DNA of 49,864 nt from a virus (taxonomy: Duplodnaviria > Caudoviricetes), in the IMG/VR virus record IMGVR_UViG_3300037420_001924, positions 1-49,864 of that record; one strand, written 5' to 3'. The notes under the pieces are model-generated. The model ran no database searches. It saw only the letters and a program-made list of their open reading frames with translations, and was not told the DNA's origin. This document shows, piece after piece, positions 35,021-44,677 of the stretch. How positions within the stretch are numbered: position 1 is the stretch's first letter; each line of letters opens with the position of its first letter. Position numbers and translations under genes: made by a program.

Positions 35021-35451
35021 CACCAAAGAAAATACAACCGTTAGATCCCGCCTCCATATTAGAAGGGAATAAACTAATAGCGGACTTTGACGGGAAGAAA
35101 TGGACGGATGATAAAAACGAATTTATGCGTTCGGATGAAGATTTACTCTTCCCAGAAAGCCTTTATTATCATCTAAGCTGGTATTGGCTTATGCCAGTAG
35201 TGGGAAAGATAGAAGACTGCTGGAATCCGTTAAGTGACCGGTGTGTATATGACGAATCCGAAATAAGCCGGTTTGAAATTATAACGACGGGCTGTTGGGT
35301 TTATTCTTCGGGCTATAAAAATGGGAAGTATTTAAAGTTTGATGCGTTCTATGATTTAGAGGGGAATGTGGTGACGAAACTACAGGCTGTGTGGCTGGCC
35401 GTCGTGGACTTTATAAAATGGTTTAACCAAACAATTAAAAATAATGAGTAA
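35017..35451 (+). CDS. Hypothetical phage protein
   Basis: GNKLIADF...YHLSWYWLMPVVGKIE...AVVDFIKWFN family motif. Confidence 0.65.
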   Translation: MTPKKIQPLDPASILEGNKLIADFDGKKWTDDKNEFMRSDEDLLFPESLYYHLSWYWLMPVVGKIEDCWNPLSDRCVYDESEISRFEIITTGCWVYSSGYKNGKYLKFDAFYDLEGNVVTKLQAVWLAVVDFIKWFNQTIKNNE

Positions 35452-35764
35452 GAAACGAAAGCATAAAACAACGAAAAATACTATACCTAAGCCTCCCATA
35501 ACACGGCTACGAGTTATCGGGGTTGAATGTAACGGCTATTCTGAGTTAGTTACTGACTTTCCTACCCAGGAGGAATTTGATAAAATTTTTATGGAATGGT
35601 TTGACCATCCTGCCACAACAATGTGGTGTGCGGAAAGCCTTATAGCTTATATAAAAAGGAAGCAGCCCAAACGGATTTGCCTTTTGAAAGAAGATTTCGA
35701 CGCTATAACCAAAGGCAAGTTTATCCCGGCAACTAAAGAAGAATGGGAGGCTGAAAATAACTAA
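35444..35764 (+). CDS. Hypothetical protein
   Basis: ORF track. Confidence 0.55.
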   Translation: MSKKRKHKTTKNTIPKPPITRLRVIGVECNGYSELVTDFPTQEEFDKIFMEWFDHPATTMWCAESLIAYIKRKQPKRICLLKEDFDAITKGKFIPATKEEWEAENN

Positions 35765-35784
35765 CCAGCAAACTCAAAAGAACA

Positions 35785-36195
35785 ATGGATAAGAAAACAA
35801 CCCCTACCAACGTAGTTACAAAAGCAGAAAGGTTGCAGCAGTTAAAAGACCAAGAGTCTTTTTATAAAGTTCTGGATAAGTATTTTGACGCTGGCTGGCG
35901 GGATTTTGTAAAAGAAATTCATCGGAAAAATGATGTGTCCAATATCAGAATGTTCAAGCTATTATCTGCTATAAATGGGAATGATTTTGTTGCTGATCTA
36001 ATAAAATTAATGGGCAGGCAAAACAAATCAGCCCTTATTAAACTTACTAAAAAGCCGAAAGGAATATTATTAAAAGACAGCCGGTTTAAAAATATTCCAG
36101 AGCTAATGGTTAATAAATATCCATCTGGCAGCTACAAGGAAGGAGAAATCTTTATTCAGGTGCATCCTGATAGATGGATAACATTTGTGTATTAA
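35785..36195 (+). CDS. Hypothetical protein
   Basis: ORF track. Confidence 0.55.
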   Translation: MDKKTTPTNVVTKAERLQQLKDQESFYKVLDKYFDAGWRDFVKEIHRKNDVSNIRMFKLLSAINGNDFVADLIKLMGRQNKSALIKLTKKPKGILLKDSRFKNIPELMVNKYPSGSYKEGEIFIQVHPDRWITFVY

Positions 36196-36212
36196 CCAAC
36201 AAAACTTAATCA

Positions 36213-37031
36213 ATGGACACTAAAGCAATCCAACAGTTAGCCGAACAACTGGCTAAAGAACAATTCCCTGATGATAAGTGGGGACGAAAGGTATGGTCTG
36301 ACGGGTTTGAGGCAGGAGCCGCTGATAAGGGTCTTGTTCTAAAAGACGGGTTAATTGAATACATCTACGATTTTGCATGGCACTATGGCCGCTTATTTCA
36401 TTTAGGAAGCGCAGAAAAAATAAAACAAGCCATTCAGGAACATTTTCAATTACCGGAGGAATGGTTAGAGGAAGACCCATCTCCGACCTCGCTGGCTGAT
36501 TGGAGTGTGTTAGCCAAAATCGCACCTCCTGAAAAGTGGGTAGAAATGTACCAGCATTATCAAGAGCTATTGGTGGCAGCAGACACCGCTGCTTTCTGGA
36601 AAGAGCAATATGATATAGCCAATGCTGAAAGAAATACCTTAAAGCACCCGGAAGCTACCGTCTCGCAAACTATCCCCGAATTTAAAGCGTTAGAGGCGTG
36701 TTTGCTTGGTGCTGAATCTGCAAAGGCTATTATAGACAATTTAACTAATTGGCAGCTATATGATGGTGCAGTTGACTGTTATAACAATTTAGTGGAAGGC
36801 ATTGAAGCTGCTAAAGCCGCTTTACAAGGTGAAGCTATCTCACGCCCCATAGTAGCTGAAAAAGAGAATTGCGGCAGGGAGTCATGTGTAAATAAAGATT
36901 GCGATGAATGTTTTAAAATAGCTAATGAGAATTGGTGGAGGAAAGAACAGTTTGATATAGCTAATGCAGAAGGAAATGTATTAAAGCAACAGGAAGCCAC
37001 CTCGCAAACAATCCCGAATTCAAACCATTAA
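36213..37031 (+). CDS. Mosaic hypothetical protein with internal duplication
   Basis: KEQYDIANAERNTLK..EATVSQTIP repeated as KEQFDIANAEGNVLK..EATSQTIP. Confidence 0.6.
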   Translation: MDTKAIQQLAEQLAKEQFPDDKWGRKVWSDGFEAGAADKGLVLKDGLIEYIYDFAWHYGRLFHLGSAEKIKQAIQEHFQLPEEWLEEDPSPTSLADWSVLAKIAPPEKWVEMYQHYQELLVAADTAAFWKEQYDIANAERNTLKHPEATVSQTIPEFKALEACLLGAESAKAIIDNLTNWQLYDGAVDCYNNLVEGIEAAKAALQGEAISRPIVAEKENCGRESCVNKDCDECFKIANENWWRKEQFDIANAEGNVLKQQEATSQTIPNSNH

Positions 37032-37040
37032 ATCAATTGT

Positions 37041-37565
37041 ATGAGTAGCGAAAGAAGTCTTACCAAAGAAGTAAAAAACGAAATTATCAAAGAGATGCGT
37101 GCCTTTCATGAAGAGACCATGAACCGCCACTCCAAAGGACTCAAACACTATTTCTATCCCAAGGTTCCCTTTATGCGTCCAAACGGGGTGCGTGTCATTG
37201 GCATGTTCCGCTCCGAACTTGAAAAACCCGATGAAAATATTTTTATTGAAACCATCAACTTACACTACGAAGCACTCGACAAGCGCCGCACCCTATATCG
37301 CCTTAAATACAATCCCCATTTTAAGGAAGAATACGAACACGTAGGCAACGACCGGTACAATGTCCCTTTAGACGATCTGGAAATCATCTGGCAGTTGCAG
37401 GAACATTCTCCCAACGATTTGCCCGAACTGCCCCTGCTCTACGACTCTGAAATGATTGCGGATAACAACCTCACCCAAATGACCATCCGCGACCTGGCCG
37501 CCATCCTACTCAAAAAACCAGTGAGTTACAAACCCTGGCTCAACGACCTGGTCATGGGCCGGTAA
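37041..37565 (+). CDS. Hypothetical protein
   Basis: ORF track; C-terminal MTIRDLAAILLKKPVSYKPWLNDLV. Confidence 0.65.
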   Translation: MSSERSLTKEVKNEIIKEMRAFHEETMNRHSKGLKHYFYPKVPFMRPNGVRVIGMFRSELEKPDENIFIETINLHYEALDKRRTLYRLKYNPHFKEEYEHVGNDRYNVPLDDLEIIWQLQEHSPNDLPELPLLYDSEMIADNNLTQMTIRDLAAILLKKPVSYKPWLNDLVMGR

Positions 37566-37616
37566 CTCCGATTGAGCTTTTGGGGCGACGCTCAGTTCAA
37601 CGCCTGTGCTACTATA
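37551..37616 (-). repeat. ~70-bp dispersed element, copy 6 (inverted, degenerate)
   Basis: Reverse complement AGGCGTTGAACTGAGCGTCGCCCCAAAAGCTCAATCGG aligns without gaps to copy 1. Confidence 0.6.
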
Positions 37617-37659
37617 AAACAACACTACCTAACATTTTAAACTAAAAAAATGGTCACTT

Positions 37660-37902
37660 ATGAAAATAGATAACGTAGTATGTAAAATAAGAGTAGGCGA
37701 CAAGGTAGAAGTAAGGCCGTTATGGGGGCCAAGTTTAGCGGGCAAGGTTGCCACCGTCACAAAGGTAGAACGGTACATCAACTGCGAATCCGGCTTTATG
37801 GTCAGCATTGACATATACGACAGGCCATTGGATGCCAACTGGTTCATCCTCTTGCCAAATAGCGAACAAAGCCCTGAAGTGAGTGACACAACAGACGCTT
37901 AA
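37660..37902 (+). CDS. Small SH3/KOW-like protein enclosed by inverted element copies
   Basis: IRVGDKVEV...GKVATV; C-terminus NSEQSPEVSDTTDA read from copy 7. Confidence 0.6.
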   Translation: MKIDNVVCKIRVGDKVEVRPLWGPSLAGKVATVTKVERYINCESGFMVSIDIYDRPLDANWFILLPNSEQSPEVSDTTDA

Positions 37903-37927
37903 TAGTAGTACAAAAGCTGATAACCCA
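37858..37927 (+). repeat. ~70-bp dispersed element, copy 7
   Basis: AATAGCGAACAAAGCCCTGAAGTGAGTGACACAACAGACGCTTAATAGTAGTACAAAAGCTGATAACCCA. Confidence 0.85.
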
Positions 37928-38001
37928 AAATCCTTTCCTTATCGAAAAGAAAAACACCACCCCATTTTTTAAAACAACTAAAACTAAAAATTAGACCCCT
38001 T

Positions 38002-38415
38002 ATGAGTCAATCCCCCACCCCAGAACAGACTTTAGGCCAGATCCTATCCTGCCAGACCCAAAACGACCCTCAGAAATGGAAGCGTCCCGCCCTATCGGAA
38101 GAAAAGAAAATCTTATCGGATGAGGACATAAGAAACTTTATTATCCGGGTAGAAGACTCCTTAGACCTGCCTTTGGGCATCTTAAGCCAGCCGGGAAAGG
38201 GAACCGTCAAAGGTCACCAGATACCAGCGGTCAAGCAGGCCGTAATCTACCACTTAACCCAAACCACCAAAGTCAGCCAAAAGACCTTAGCCCCGTTTTT
38301 TGCCTTAAACCAGCAAAACATAGGCTATCATGTTCAGGAGGCTAAGAACCACATAAAAACCAATGATGAAATCTTTTCACAGTATTACTTAATCATTCAA
38401 AATTTAGCCGTATGA
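38002..38415 (+). CDS. HTH protein (DnaA C-terminal-like), possible late regulator
   Basis: KQAVIYHL...VSQKTLAPFFALNQQNIGYHV. Confidence 0.55.
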   Translation: MSQSPTPEQTLGQILSCQTQNDPQKWKRPALSEEKKILSDEDIRNFIIRVEDSLDLPLGILSQPGKGTVKGHQIPAVKQAVIYHLTQTTKVSQKTLAPFFALNQQNIGYHVQEAKNHIKTNDEIFSQYYLIIQNLAV

Positions 38416-38888
38416 AAGTTTGCAGTAAGTGTAAAGTTGAGAAGGACGAAATAGAGTTTTATAAAAATAAATCTAAATCGGACGGATTGTCGACGTATTG
38501 CAAAAAATGTTCTTGTGGTGCATCGAGTGAATTCCGTAAAAAAAATAGTACATACTGGAATAAATATAAAGAAAAGAGAAAGTTGTGGAAGAAGGATAAT
38601 CCAGATAGCGTTAAGAAATTTAAGAAGACTTATTATAATAAGCATAAGGATAGTATAATAGAAAAAGCAAAATTGAGATATACAAATAACCATGAAGCAA
38701 AAAAGTCGATTTTAGCCACTTCCAAAAAATGTAGAGAAGAATTACGTCCATCATATATAGTATGGCTATTAAAACAACAGGGATTTACAAGAGAGCAAAT
38801 AGATAAAGAGAGCGGACTTATAAATATAAAAAAGGCAATCATTCAAATTAAACGCTTTACAAAAGATAACAGTAGCTTAAGTAGTTAA
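38412..38888 (+). CDS. Basic Cys-rich protein (HNH N-terminal Zn-finger-like)
   Basis: KVCSKC..K..EFY...DGLSTYCKKC; AT-rich. Confidence 0.6.
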   Translation: MKVCSKCKVEKDEIEFYKNKSKSDGLSTYCKKCSCGASSEFRKKNSTYWNKYKEKRKLWKKDNPDSVKKFKKTYYNKHKDSIIEKAKLRYTNNHEAKKSILATSKKCREELRPSYIVWLLKQQGFTREQIDKESGLINIKKAIIQIKRFTKDNSSLSS

Positions 38889-38898
38889 AATCAATTGT

Positions 38899-39342
38899 AT
38901 GGGTAAAGTATGCGGCAAATGTAATACTTATAAAAACGAAGATGATTTTGGTTATAGAGGCAAGTATCTACATAGTTATTGTAATAGTTGCAAAAAGGAA
39001 TATACAAAAGAATGGAGAGATCAAAACCAAATTAGGATGAAGAAATATAGAGAGGATAATAAGGGTAAGATAAGTAGTAATTACAAAAAATGGGCTGATT
39101 CAAATAAACAAAAAAGGGATGAATATATAAGAAATTGGGTTGAGCAAAACTATACAAATGAACATAAATCTTTTTTTAGAAAAAATTGGGTATCCAATCT
39201 TAAAGATGGTTATATAAAAATGATATTAAGACAAAAAGGGTTCACTAAAGAACACATAAAACAAAGCCCAGAATTATTAACAATACAAAAAACAATCCTT
39301 CAAATTCAACGTTATGCAAAAAACAACAGTAACAAATCTTGA
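38899..39342 (+). CDS. Paralog of the preceding Cys-rich protein
   Basis: KVCGKC...SYCNSC; shared C-terminus YI..L.Q.GFT.E.I...IQ/LQI.R. Confidence 0.6.
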   Translation: MGKVCGKCNTYKNEDDFGYRGKYLHSYCNSCKKEYTKEWRDQNQIRMKKYREDNKGKISSNYKKWADSNKQKRDEYIRNWVEQNYTNEHKSFFRKNWVSNLKDGYIKMILRQKGFTKEHIKQSPELLTIQKTILQIQRYAKNNSNKS

Positions 39343-39544
39343 ACAATTAGGAACAGACCTATTAAAAGTTTATGGTGAGCTAAGAGATGGATCTATGGAA
39401 ATTAAAACAGCCGAAGCTTTAGCAAACGTAGCCGGTAAAGTTATAGGTGCAACCAAAGTAATTGCTGATGTACGATCTTATCAAGGTGCATTAGGAGAAA
39501 TGCCTTTAGTTGATGACAGTAAAGGGCTAAAAGCGGCTTCCTGA
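39314..39544 (+). CDS. Hypothetical protein
   Basis: LRDGSMEIKTAEALANVAGKVI; overlaps the previous ORF. Confidence 0.6.
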   Translation: MQKTTVTNLEQLGTDLLKVYGELRDGSMEIKTAEALANVAGKVIGATKVIADVRSYQGALGEMPLVDDSKGLKAAS

Positions 39545-39551
39545 TTTGCTG

Positions 39552-39621
39552 AATAGAATTACTGGAAGTACACGGGAGCGTCGCAACGGATGCTCCATTT
39601 TTATTCTTCAGCCGGTTACAT
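39552..39621 (+). repeat. ~70-bp dispersed element, copy 8
   Basis: AATAGAATTACTGGAAGTACACGGGAGCGTCGCAACGGATGCTCCATTTTTATTCTTCAGCCGGTTACA. Confidence 0.75.
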
Positions 39622-39818
39622 AATCTTCTTACCCCTTAACACAATTCCAACACAATTCTAAGGGCGCAGTTATTTCCCTACCCCTGTTACTCTGACTACT
39701 TTAGTAGGACAAGCCACCAAAAACCACTTCCTACGAACAAACGAACGCCTTCTCATATAGCAAGCAATCGTAACGCCCAGTGTTTTTACACCGGGCATCC
39801 TCATTTTAAATCCCCTAT

Positions 39819-40325
39819 ATGCTGGTACTAGATGCCCCCATAGCTGCAAAAGACTACGCCCTGATCGGCAAGCTCCACGTCCGCCAGAACCCGGATGAGG
39901 CAAGGCAACTCATTGAGGGCTATAGGCAGGAGCAGTCCAGGGCCTTAGACTCAGACCTTCACAATTTGAACTTTTATTTTTTAAGCTATTGTAAACTAAA
40001 GGGCTACCTGGCCACCGACTACATAGGCTCGGTAAAAAAACGGGACAAGACCGAAGCTAGAAAACTATTCATCGCTTCGATGATCCGCATCTTCCACCCA
40101 CAGCTGTTCACCTATGATGTGAACCTAAAGTCCGGCCTATCGGAATCCCTATGCATCGTGCTTCGGTTAGACTCCGGCGAGATGAGTAAAATCTTAGAAG
40201 AAGTTACGGCTTATTACAACCACAACTGGCAGGACTTTTCCCAAAGGGTCAACCAGCTGTCCACCCGGCTCATCAGTTTAAAGGACGGTTACCCGTGCAG
40301 CTTATTTGAGGAGGAGGCAGCGTAA
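39819..40325 (+). CDS. Hypothetical protein upstream of the terminase
   Basis: ORF track; TAATG-coupled to terS. Confidence 0.6.
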   Translation: MLVLDAPIAAKDYALIGKLHVRQNPDEARQLIEGYRQEQSRALDSDLHNLNFYFLSYCKLKGYLATDYIGSVKKRDKTEARKLFIASMIRIFHPQLFTYDVNLKSGLSESLCIVLRLDSGEMSKILEEVTAYYNHNWQDFSQRVNQLSTRLISLKDGYPCSLFEEEAA

Positions 40326-40744
40326 TGGCAGCAGAACAGGGAAATAAGTACGCCGAAACGATTACTAAGGAAGTGGCCTTGGAGTTGGCACAAAAGGCAC
40401 TGGCGGCTATAAATGACAATTGCTACTTCCTTTCCGAAGTGGCTGAAAAGTGCGAAACCTACCGCACCAAGTTCAATTACGTGCTGGAAAAGTTCAAGGA
40501 AGACGAAGAAGTTTTCGACGCGATAAAAAGGATGTATAACAAATGCGAGGCTATTGTGGTCAAAAAAACGGCTAAAGGTGACATCATACCCTCACTGGGG
40601 ATCTTCATCTTAAAAGCCTACCACGACCTGATAGAGACCTCCAAAGTAAACCAGGAAGTAACCGGCAAGGATGGCAAGGACCTGTTCCGAAACCTATCGG
40701 AAGAAGATATTAACGATAGGATCCAAAAGCTCTTAAACAAATGA
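40325..40744 (+). CDS. terS: Terminase small subunit
   Basis: MAAEQGNKYA start, IFILKA and EVTGKDGKDL; directly upstream of TerL. Confidence 0.75.
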   Translation: MAAEQGNKYAETITKEVALELAQKALAAINDNCYFLSEVAEKCETYRTKFNYVLEKFKEDEEVFDAIKRMYNKCEAIVVKKTAKGDIIPSLGIFILKAYHDLIETSKVNQEVTGKDGKDLFRNLSEEDINDRIQKLLNK

Positions 40745-42195
40745 CCATAAGTGATAAAAGGGAGCTTTTATACCTATTGGAGCAAAAGGCGAAGCTAAGG
40801 GCTAAAAAGGATTTGCTGGGGTTTGCCAAGTGGACTATGCCCACCTTTCAGCCCAATTGGTTCCATGAGAAATACTACGAAGTTCTTTCACAGTTTGCAG
40901 AGGGGAACATAAAAAAGCTGATGGTCTTTGTGCCACCGCAACACGGCAAATCGGAAGGGTCTACCCGTAGGCTGCCCGCTTACCTGTTAGGACACGACCC
41001 GGACAAGAAGATAGCAGTAGTGAGTTATTCGGCACCCAAAGCCCGAAAATTTAACCGGGAAATTCAACGGGTCATAGATACCCCCGAATACCGGGAAGTG
41101 TTCCCGAACACCCGCCTAAACGCTTCTAATGTCATTACAGTGGCAGGAAGCTGGCTTAGAAATTCAGACGAATGCGAGATCGTAGGCAGGCGCGGCGGAT
41201 TTAAGACGGTGGGAGTATGCGGCCCGCTCACAGGGGAGCCGGTAGATGTATTGATTATGGACGACATCTACAAGGATGCCAAGACAGCCTGGAGCGAAAC
41301 GGTCAGGGACAGCATCCAGGATTGGTATGGTACGGTAGCCGACACCCGCCTTCATAACGATAGCCAACAACTTATCGTCTTTACCCGTTGGCACGAAAAC
41401 GACCTGGCTGGCTATTTACTCAGAAAGGAAGGGAGGATAGAAGAGGGCGGTGATTGGGCTGTATTTGTGTTCCCTGCCCTTAAGATTGGCCCTCCTAATC
41501 AGTATGACCCGAGAGAGGAAGGAACTCCCTTATGGCCGGAGCGCCACGGGCTGGAGAAGCTAATAAAGTCGCGGCAAAGGGATAGCCACATTTTCGAATC
41601 GCTGTACCAGCAGAATCCAAAGCCAAAAGAAGGGCTTTTGTATAAAGAGTACAAGCTATACAGAACCCTTCCCGTAGAGGCTGGGACGAAAAAGGCGGTC
41701 ATTGATACCGCTGATACCGGCGAGGATTACCTGTGTTCTATCGTGTATAGCCCTACCCCCCACGGTTACTATCTTTTGGATGTGTACTATACCGCTCAGG
41801 GCATGGAAACCACCGAAGACGCTACGGCAAGGCAGTTGACCAAGTTTTTGGTAGATAGGGTAAAAGTGGAGTCCAATAACGGGGGCCGGGGCTTTGCCCG
41901 CAACGTGGAAAAGAAGTGCCGGGAGCTACACAACCGAAAAACCGCCTTTTCGTGGTTCCATCAGACCCACAATAAGGAGGTTCGGATATTCACAAAGGCC
42001 GCTGAAGTGCAGAATATGATCTACTACCCCGAAGGATGGGATTTGATGTGGCCGGAGTTCTATAGTGCCGTGACGGGGTATATGGCGACAGGAAAGAACA
42101 AGCACGACGACGCCCCCGATGCCCTGACCATGATCGTGGAAGAAGAAACAATATCTAAACAACCTAAAAAGAATCTTTCAAACATAGCCCCATAA
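40741..42195 (+). CDS. terL: Terminase large subunit
   Basis: PPQHGKS Walker A, LIMDD Walker B, TRWHEND, LYQQNP, and nuclease motifs DTAD, ESNNGG, HDDAPD. Confidence 0.95.
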   Translation: MTISDKRELLYLLEQKAKLRAKKDLLGFAKWTMPTFQPNWFHEKYYEVLSQFAEGNIKKLMVFVPPQHGKSEGSTRRLPAYLLGHDPDKKIAVVSYSAPKARKFNREIQRVIDTPEYREVFPNTRLNASNVITVAGSWLRNSDECEIVGRRGGFKTVGVCGPLTGEPVDVLIMDDIYKDAKTAWSETVRDSIQDWYGTVADTRLHNDSQQLIVFTRWHENDLAGYLLRKEGRIEEGGDWAVFVFPALKIGPPNQYDPREEGTPLWPERHGLEKLIKSRQRDSHIFESLYQQNPKPKEGLLYKEYKLYRTLPVEAGTKKAVIDTADTGEDYLCSIVYSPTPHGYYLLDVYYTAQGMETTEDATARQLTKFLVDRVKVESNNGGRGFARNVEKKCRELHNRKTAFSWFHQTHNKEVRIFTKAAEVQNMIYYPEGWDLMWPEFYSAVTGYMATGKNKHDDAPDALTMIVEEETISKQPKKNLSNIAP

Positions 42196-43613
42196 TGAAA
42201 ACAGAACGGTTAAACGAATTATTGCAAGGCAACCCCAATGAGCTAAAGCAGGTCTTTGAAAAAGAGGTCGGCGATAAGGACAAAAACCTTGCAACCTATC
42301 AAAAGCAGTACGATGTTACCCAGCACGACATCTTTGACCCGGTAAAGCGAAAAAATAAGCCCATCAAAGACGATAACGGCAATATCGTAGACTATAAAGA
42401 AGTGGCCCGCATCGGGGTACCCATGCAAAAGATCATCACCCAAACAGCGGCGGCCTTCCTCTGCGGCAATCCCATTAAGTTGGTTGCTAACGCAGAAGAG
42501 GACACCGTGGGAAAAACACTCTTAGAGGGCATAGAAAAAGTATGGGACGACAATAAACTGGATTATAAGAGCATGGACCTCTCGGAAAAGATGATGAGTG
42601 AAACTGAAGTTGCGGAACTGTGGTACACCGAAGAGTTGGAAGACCCTACGGAGTATTGGGGGGACACTAAAATTAACGGCAAGTTCCGCCTTCGCATGAA
42701 GATGCTAGCCCCTTCGCTGGGGGATTCGCTCTTACCCGTCTTTGATCCTACCGGCAACCTAATCGCCTTTGGCCGGGGCTATACCCTAAAAAATGAAGGG
42801 GCGCAGGAGGAGCATTTTGATGTCTATACCGACAAATTCTTTTACCACGGCGTAAGGACTAAAGACGGCTGGCTTCTGGACGTGCCCGTTCAAAACGTAG
42901 TGGGCAAGATTCCTGTGGTGTACTACTCCCAACCCACCCCGGAATGGGCCGACGTGCAAGCCGCCATTGACCGTATTGAAATGGTCTTGTCCCGCCATGC
43001 CGATACCAACGATTACTCGGGGGCGCCGATCCTCTTTACCAAAGGGCAGATTCTATCGCTGCCCGAAAAAGAGCAGGACGGTAAAGCCATCCAGGCCGAA
43101 GAAAACGCCGACGCCAAGTTCCTTTCCTGGGACCACGCCCCCGAATCCATTAAGCTGGAAATTGAACAACTCTTTAAGGTGATCTATGCCTGCACCTTTA
43201 CACCGGACATCTCCTTTGACGCCCTAAAAGGGGTGGGGCAGACCTCCGGCTTTGCAATGGAATGTATGTTCATGGGAGCGCACCTGAAAGCCGCCAAAAA
43301 AGCGGGCATCTTTGGTGAAGGGGTGCAGCGCAGGATCAACTACTTAAAAGCGGCGCTGTCCACCATTGACCTAACGCTTAAAAAAGGAATTAGCTTAAAG
43401 ATCAAGCCGCAGTTTGAGTTTTTCCTGCCCAAAGACATGGAGGGGTTGGTGAACACGCTGACCACGGCGGTCAGTGGAGGCATCATGTCCAAAGACACGG
43501 GGGTGCGCCAGCTGGGGATTGCAGAAGACGTTCAGGCCGAGCTAGCACAGATTGAACAGGAAGCTAATAGCGCCGGGGCCTTAAACCAAATCATGAATCA
43601 AAACCAACTCTAA
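42195..43613 (+). CDS. Portal protein (SPP1 gp6-like)
   Basis: AFLCGNPI, KIPVVYY, DTNDYSGAPIL, TPDISF, SGFA; follows TerL. Confidence 0.9.
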   Translation: MKTERLNELLQGNPNELKQVFEKEVGDKDKNLATYQKQYDVTQHDIFDPVKRKNKPIKDDNGNIVDYKEVARIGVPMQKIITQTAAAFLCGNPIKLVANAEEDTVGKTLLEGIEKVWDDNKLDYKSMDLSEKMMSETEVAELWYTEELEDPTEYWGDTKINGKFRLRMKMLAPSLGDSLLPVFDPTGNLIAFGRGYTLKNEGAQEEHFDVYTDKFFYHGVRTKDGWLLDVPVQNVVGKIPVVYYSQPTPEWADVQAAIDRIEMVLSRHADTNDYSGAPILFTKGQILSLPEKEQDGKAIQAEENADAKFLSWDHAPESIKLEIEQLFKVIYACTFTPDISFDALKGVGQTSGFAMECMFMGAHLKAAKKAGIFGEGVQRRINYLKAALSTIDLTLKKGISLKIKPQFEFFLPKDMEGLVNTLTTAVSGGIMSKDTGVRQLGIAEDVQAELAQIEQEANSAGALNQIMNQNQL

Positions 43614-43615
43614 AT

Positions 43616-44053
43616 ATGGGTAAGAAAGCCAAACTAAAAAAGATAAGAAAAATAGCCGCTCAAATGCCCAGGGTCATGGTAGGCCATGTTCAGGGCGAAC
43701 GGGTAAGCGGGGCCGAACTCTTTAAGTCAGGCGTGGAAGAAGTGGAAGGAAGTCCGGTTGATGTTGATGCGACCTACAAAAAGAAAAACGTGGTTGCTGT
43801 GCCCCTGAATCATAACCGCAAAATGAAGCAGATGTACAATAAGCAGGGAGTTAAGGGGGTGAGCGCCTACATACAGGCCGTTAACCGTTATATGATGGCT
43901 CAAAAGTTGGCAGAGAAGGCAAAGCAAAAAGAGCAGGAAAAGCTGGAAGGAGTAATGAGCGATGGGGCACATGAAAATGATTATTGTGCAGAACCGGTTT
44001 TGGAAACAAAAGGTGAAGTACTCTTAAAAGAACAGGGCGGCGATAAATTTTAA
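43616..44053 (+). CDS. Hypothetical basic protein
   Basis: ORF track; NHNRKMKQMYNKQGVKGV. Confidence 0.6.
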   Translation: MGKKAKLKKIRKIAAQMPRVMVGHVQGERVSGAELFKSGVEEVEGSPVDVDATYKKKNVVAVPLNHNRKMKQMYNKQGVKGVSAYIQAVNRYMMAQKLAEKAKQKEQEKLEGVMSDGAHENDYCAEPVLETKGEVLLKEQGGDKF

Positions 44054-44109
44054 AATCATGTTCACCTGTATAATCCTGTTTTTGATCGTTGGCCTTGTGT
44101 TAAGGATAT

Positions 44110-44277
44110 ATGAAGGAAGAAAAGCCCCATACTGACCCTGATGAGCAGATCGAGGAAGCCCTAAAAAAGCTCTCCTATGAGAGTTTGAAGGCATGGAATG
44201 AGCAATTACAAAAACAAAAAGACGAGAGCAACCCGCTTCGTAGCGGCATGGATGAAAAAACCGAAGGCATACCGTAA
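44110..44277 (+). CDS. 55-aa hypothetical protein, absent from the ORF track
   Basis: MKEEKPHTDPDEQIEEALKKLSYESLKAWNEQLQKQKDESNPLRSGMDEKTEGIP. Confidence 0.45.
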   Translation: MKEEKPHTDPDEQIEEALKKLSYESLKAWNEQLQKQKDESNPLRSGMDEKTEGIP

Positions 44278-44289
44278 ACAATACTTATA

Positions 44290-44511
44290 ATGCAACATAT
44301 AGAAAAGCAAAAAATCTGCTTTGAATATTTAGAAAGTGGGGATAAGTGCTTAGATGCCTTATTTTTTATTAAAATGATGTTTGAGATTCAAATGATTACA
44401 CCGGCCCAAAAACAATTGGTTTTAAATTATTTATTAAGTGAATCTATGATATCTGACAGAGAAGTGGAAACCTCAAATAAACGAAGGTCGTATGAGTTAC
44501 CAAAACCTTAA
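44290..44511 (+). CDS. Hypothetical protein
   Basis: ORF track; AT-rich. Confidence 0.45.
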   Translation: MQHIEKQKICFEYLESGDKCLDALFFIKMMFEIQMITPAQKQLVLNYLLSESMISDREVETSNKRRSYELPKP

Positions 44512-44677
44512 AAAGAAGCTGCTGTTTTATAGCCTGTGGTGGTGCGAGATGAGCGCAGAGGAAAGGAAGGGATTTACCGGAAAGTGGGTACGGGAGCGTA
44601 TTGAAATATTCGACGGCATCCTTAAAGAGATTGAAAAGCATATTGAGCAGTTTCAAAGATTAATAAAAAGAGCATAA
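44492..44677 (+). CDS. Hypothetical protein
   Basis: ORF track. Confidence 0.45.
   Translation: MSYQNLKKKLLFYSLWWCEMSAEERKGFTGKWVRERIEIFDGILKEIEKHIEQFQRLIKRA

Noticed and set aside
44137-44160. Hammerhead ribozyme core (CTGATGAG)
   Set aside because: No stem II plus GAAA follows, and the motif lies within a plausible small ORF.
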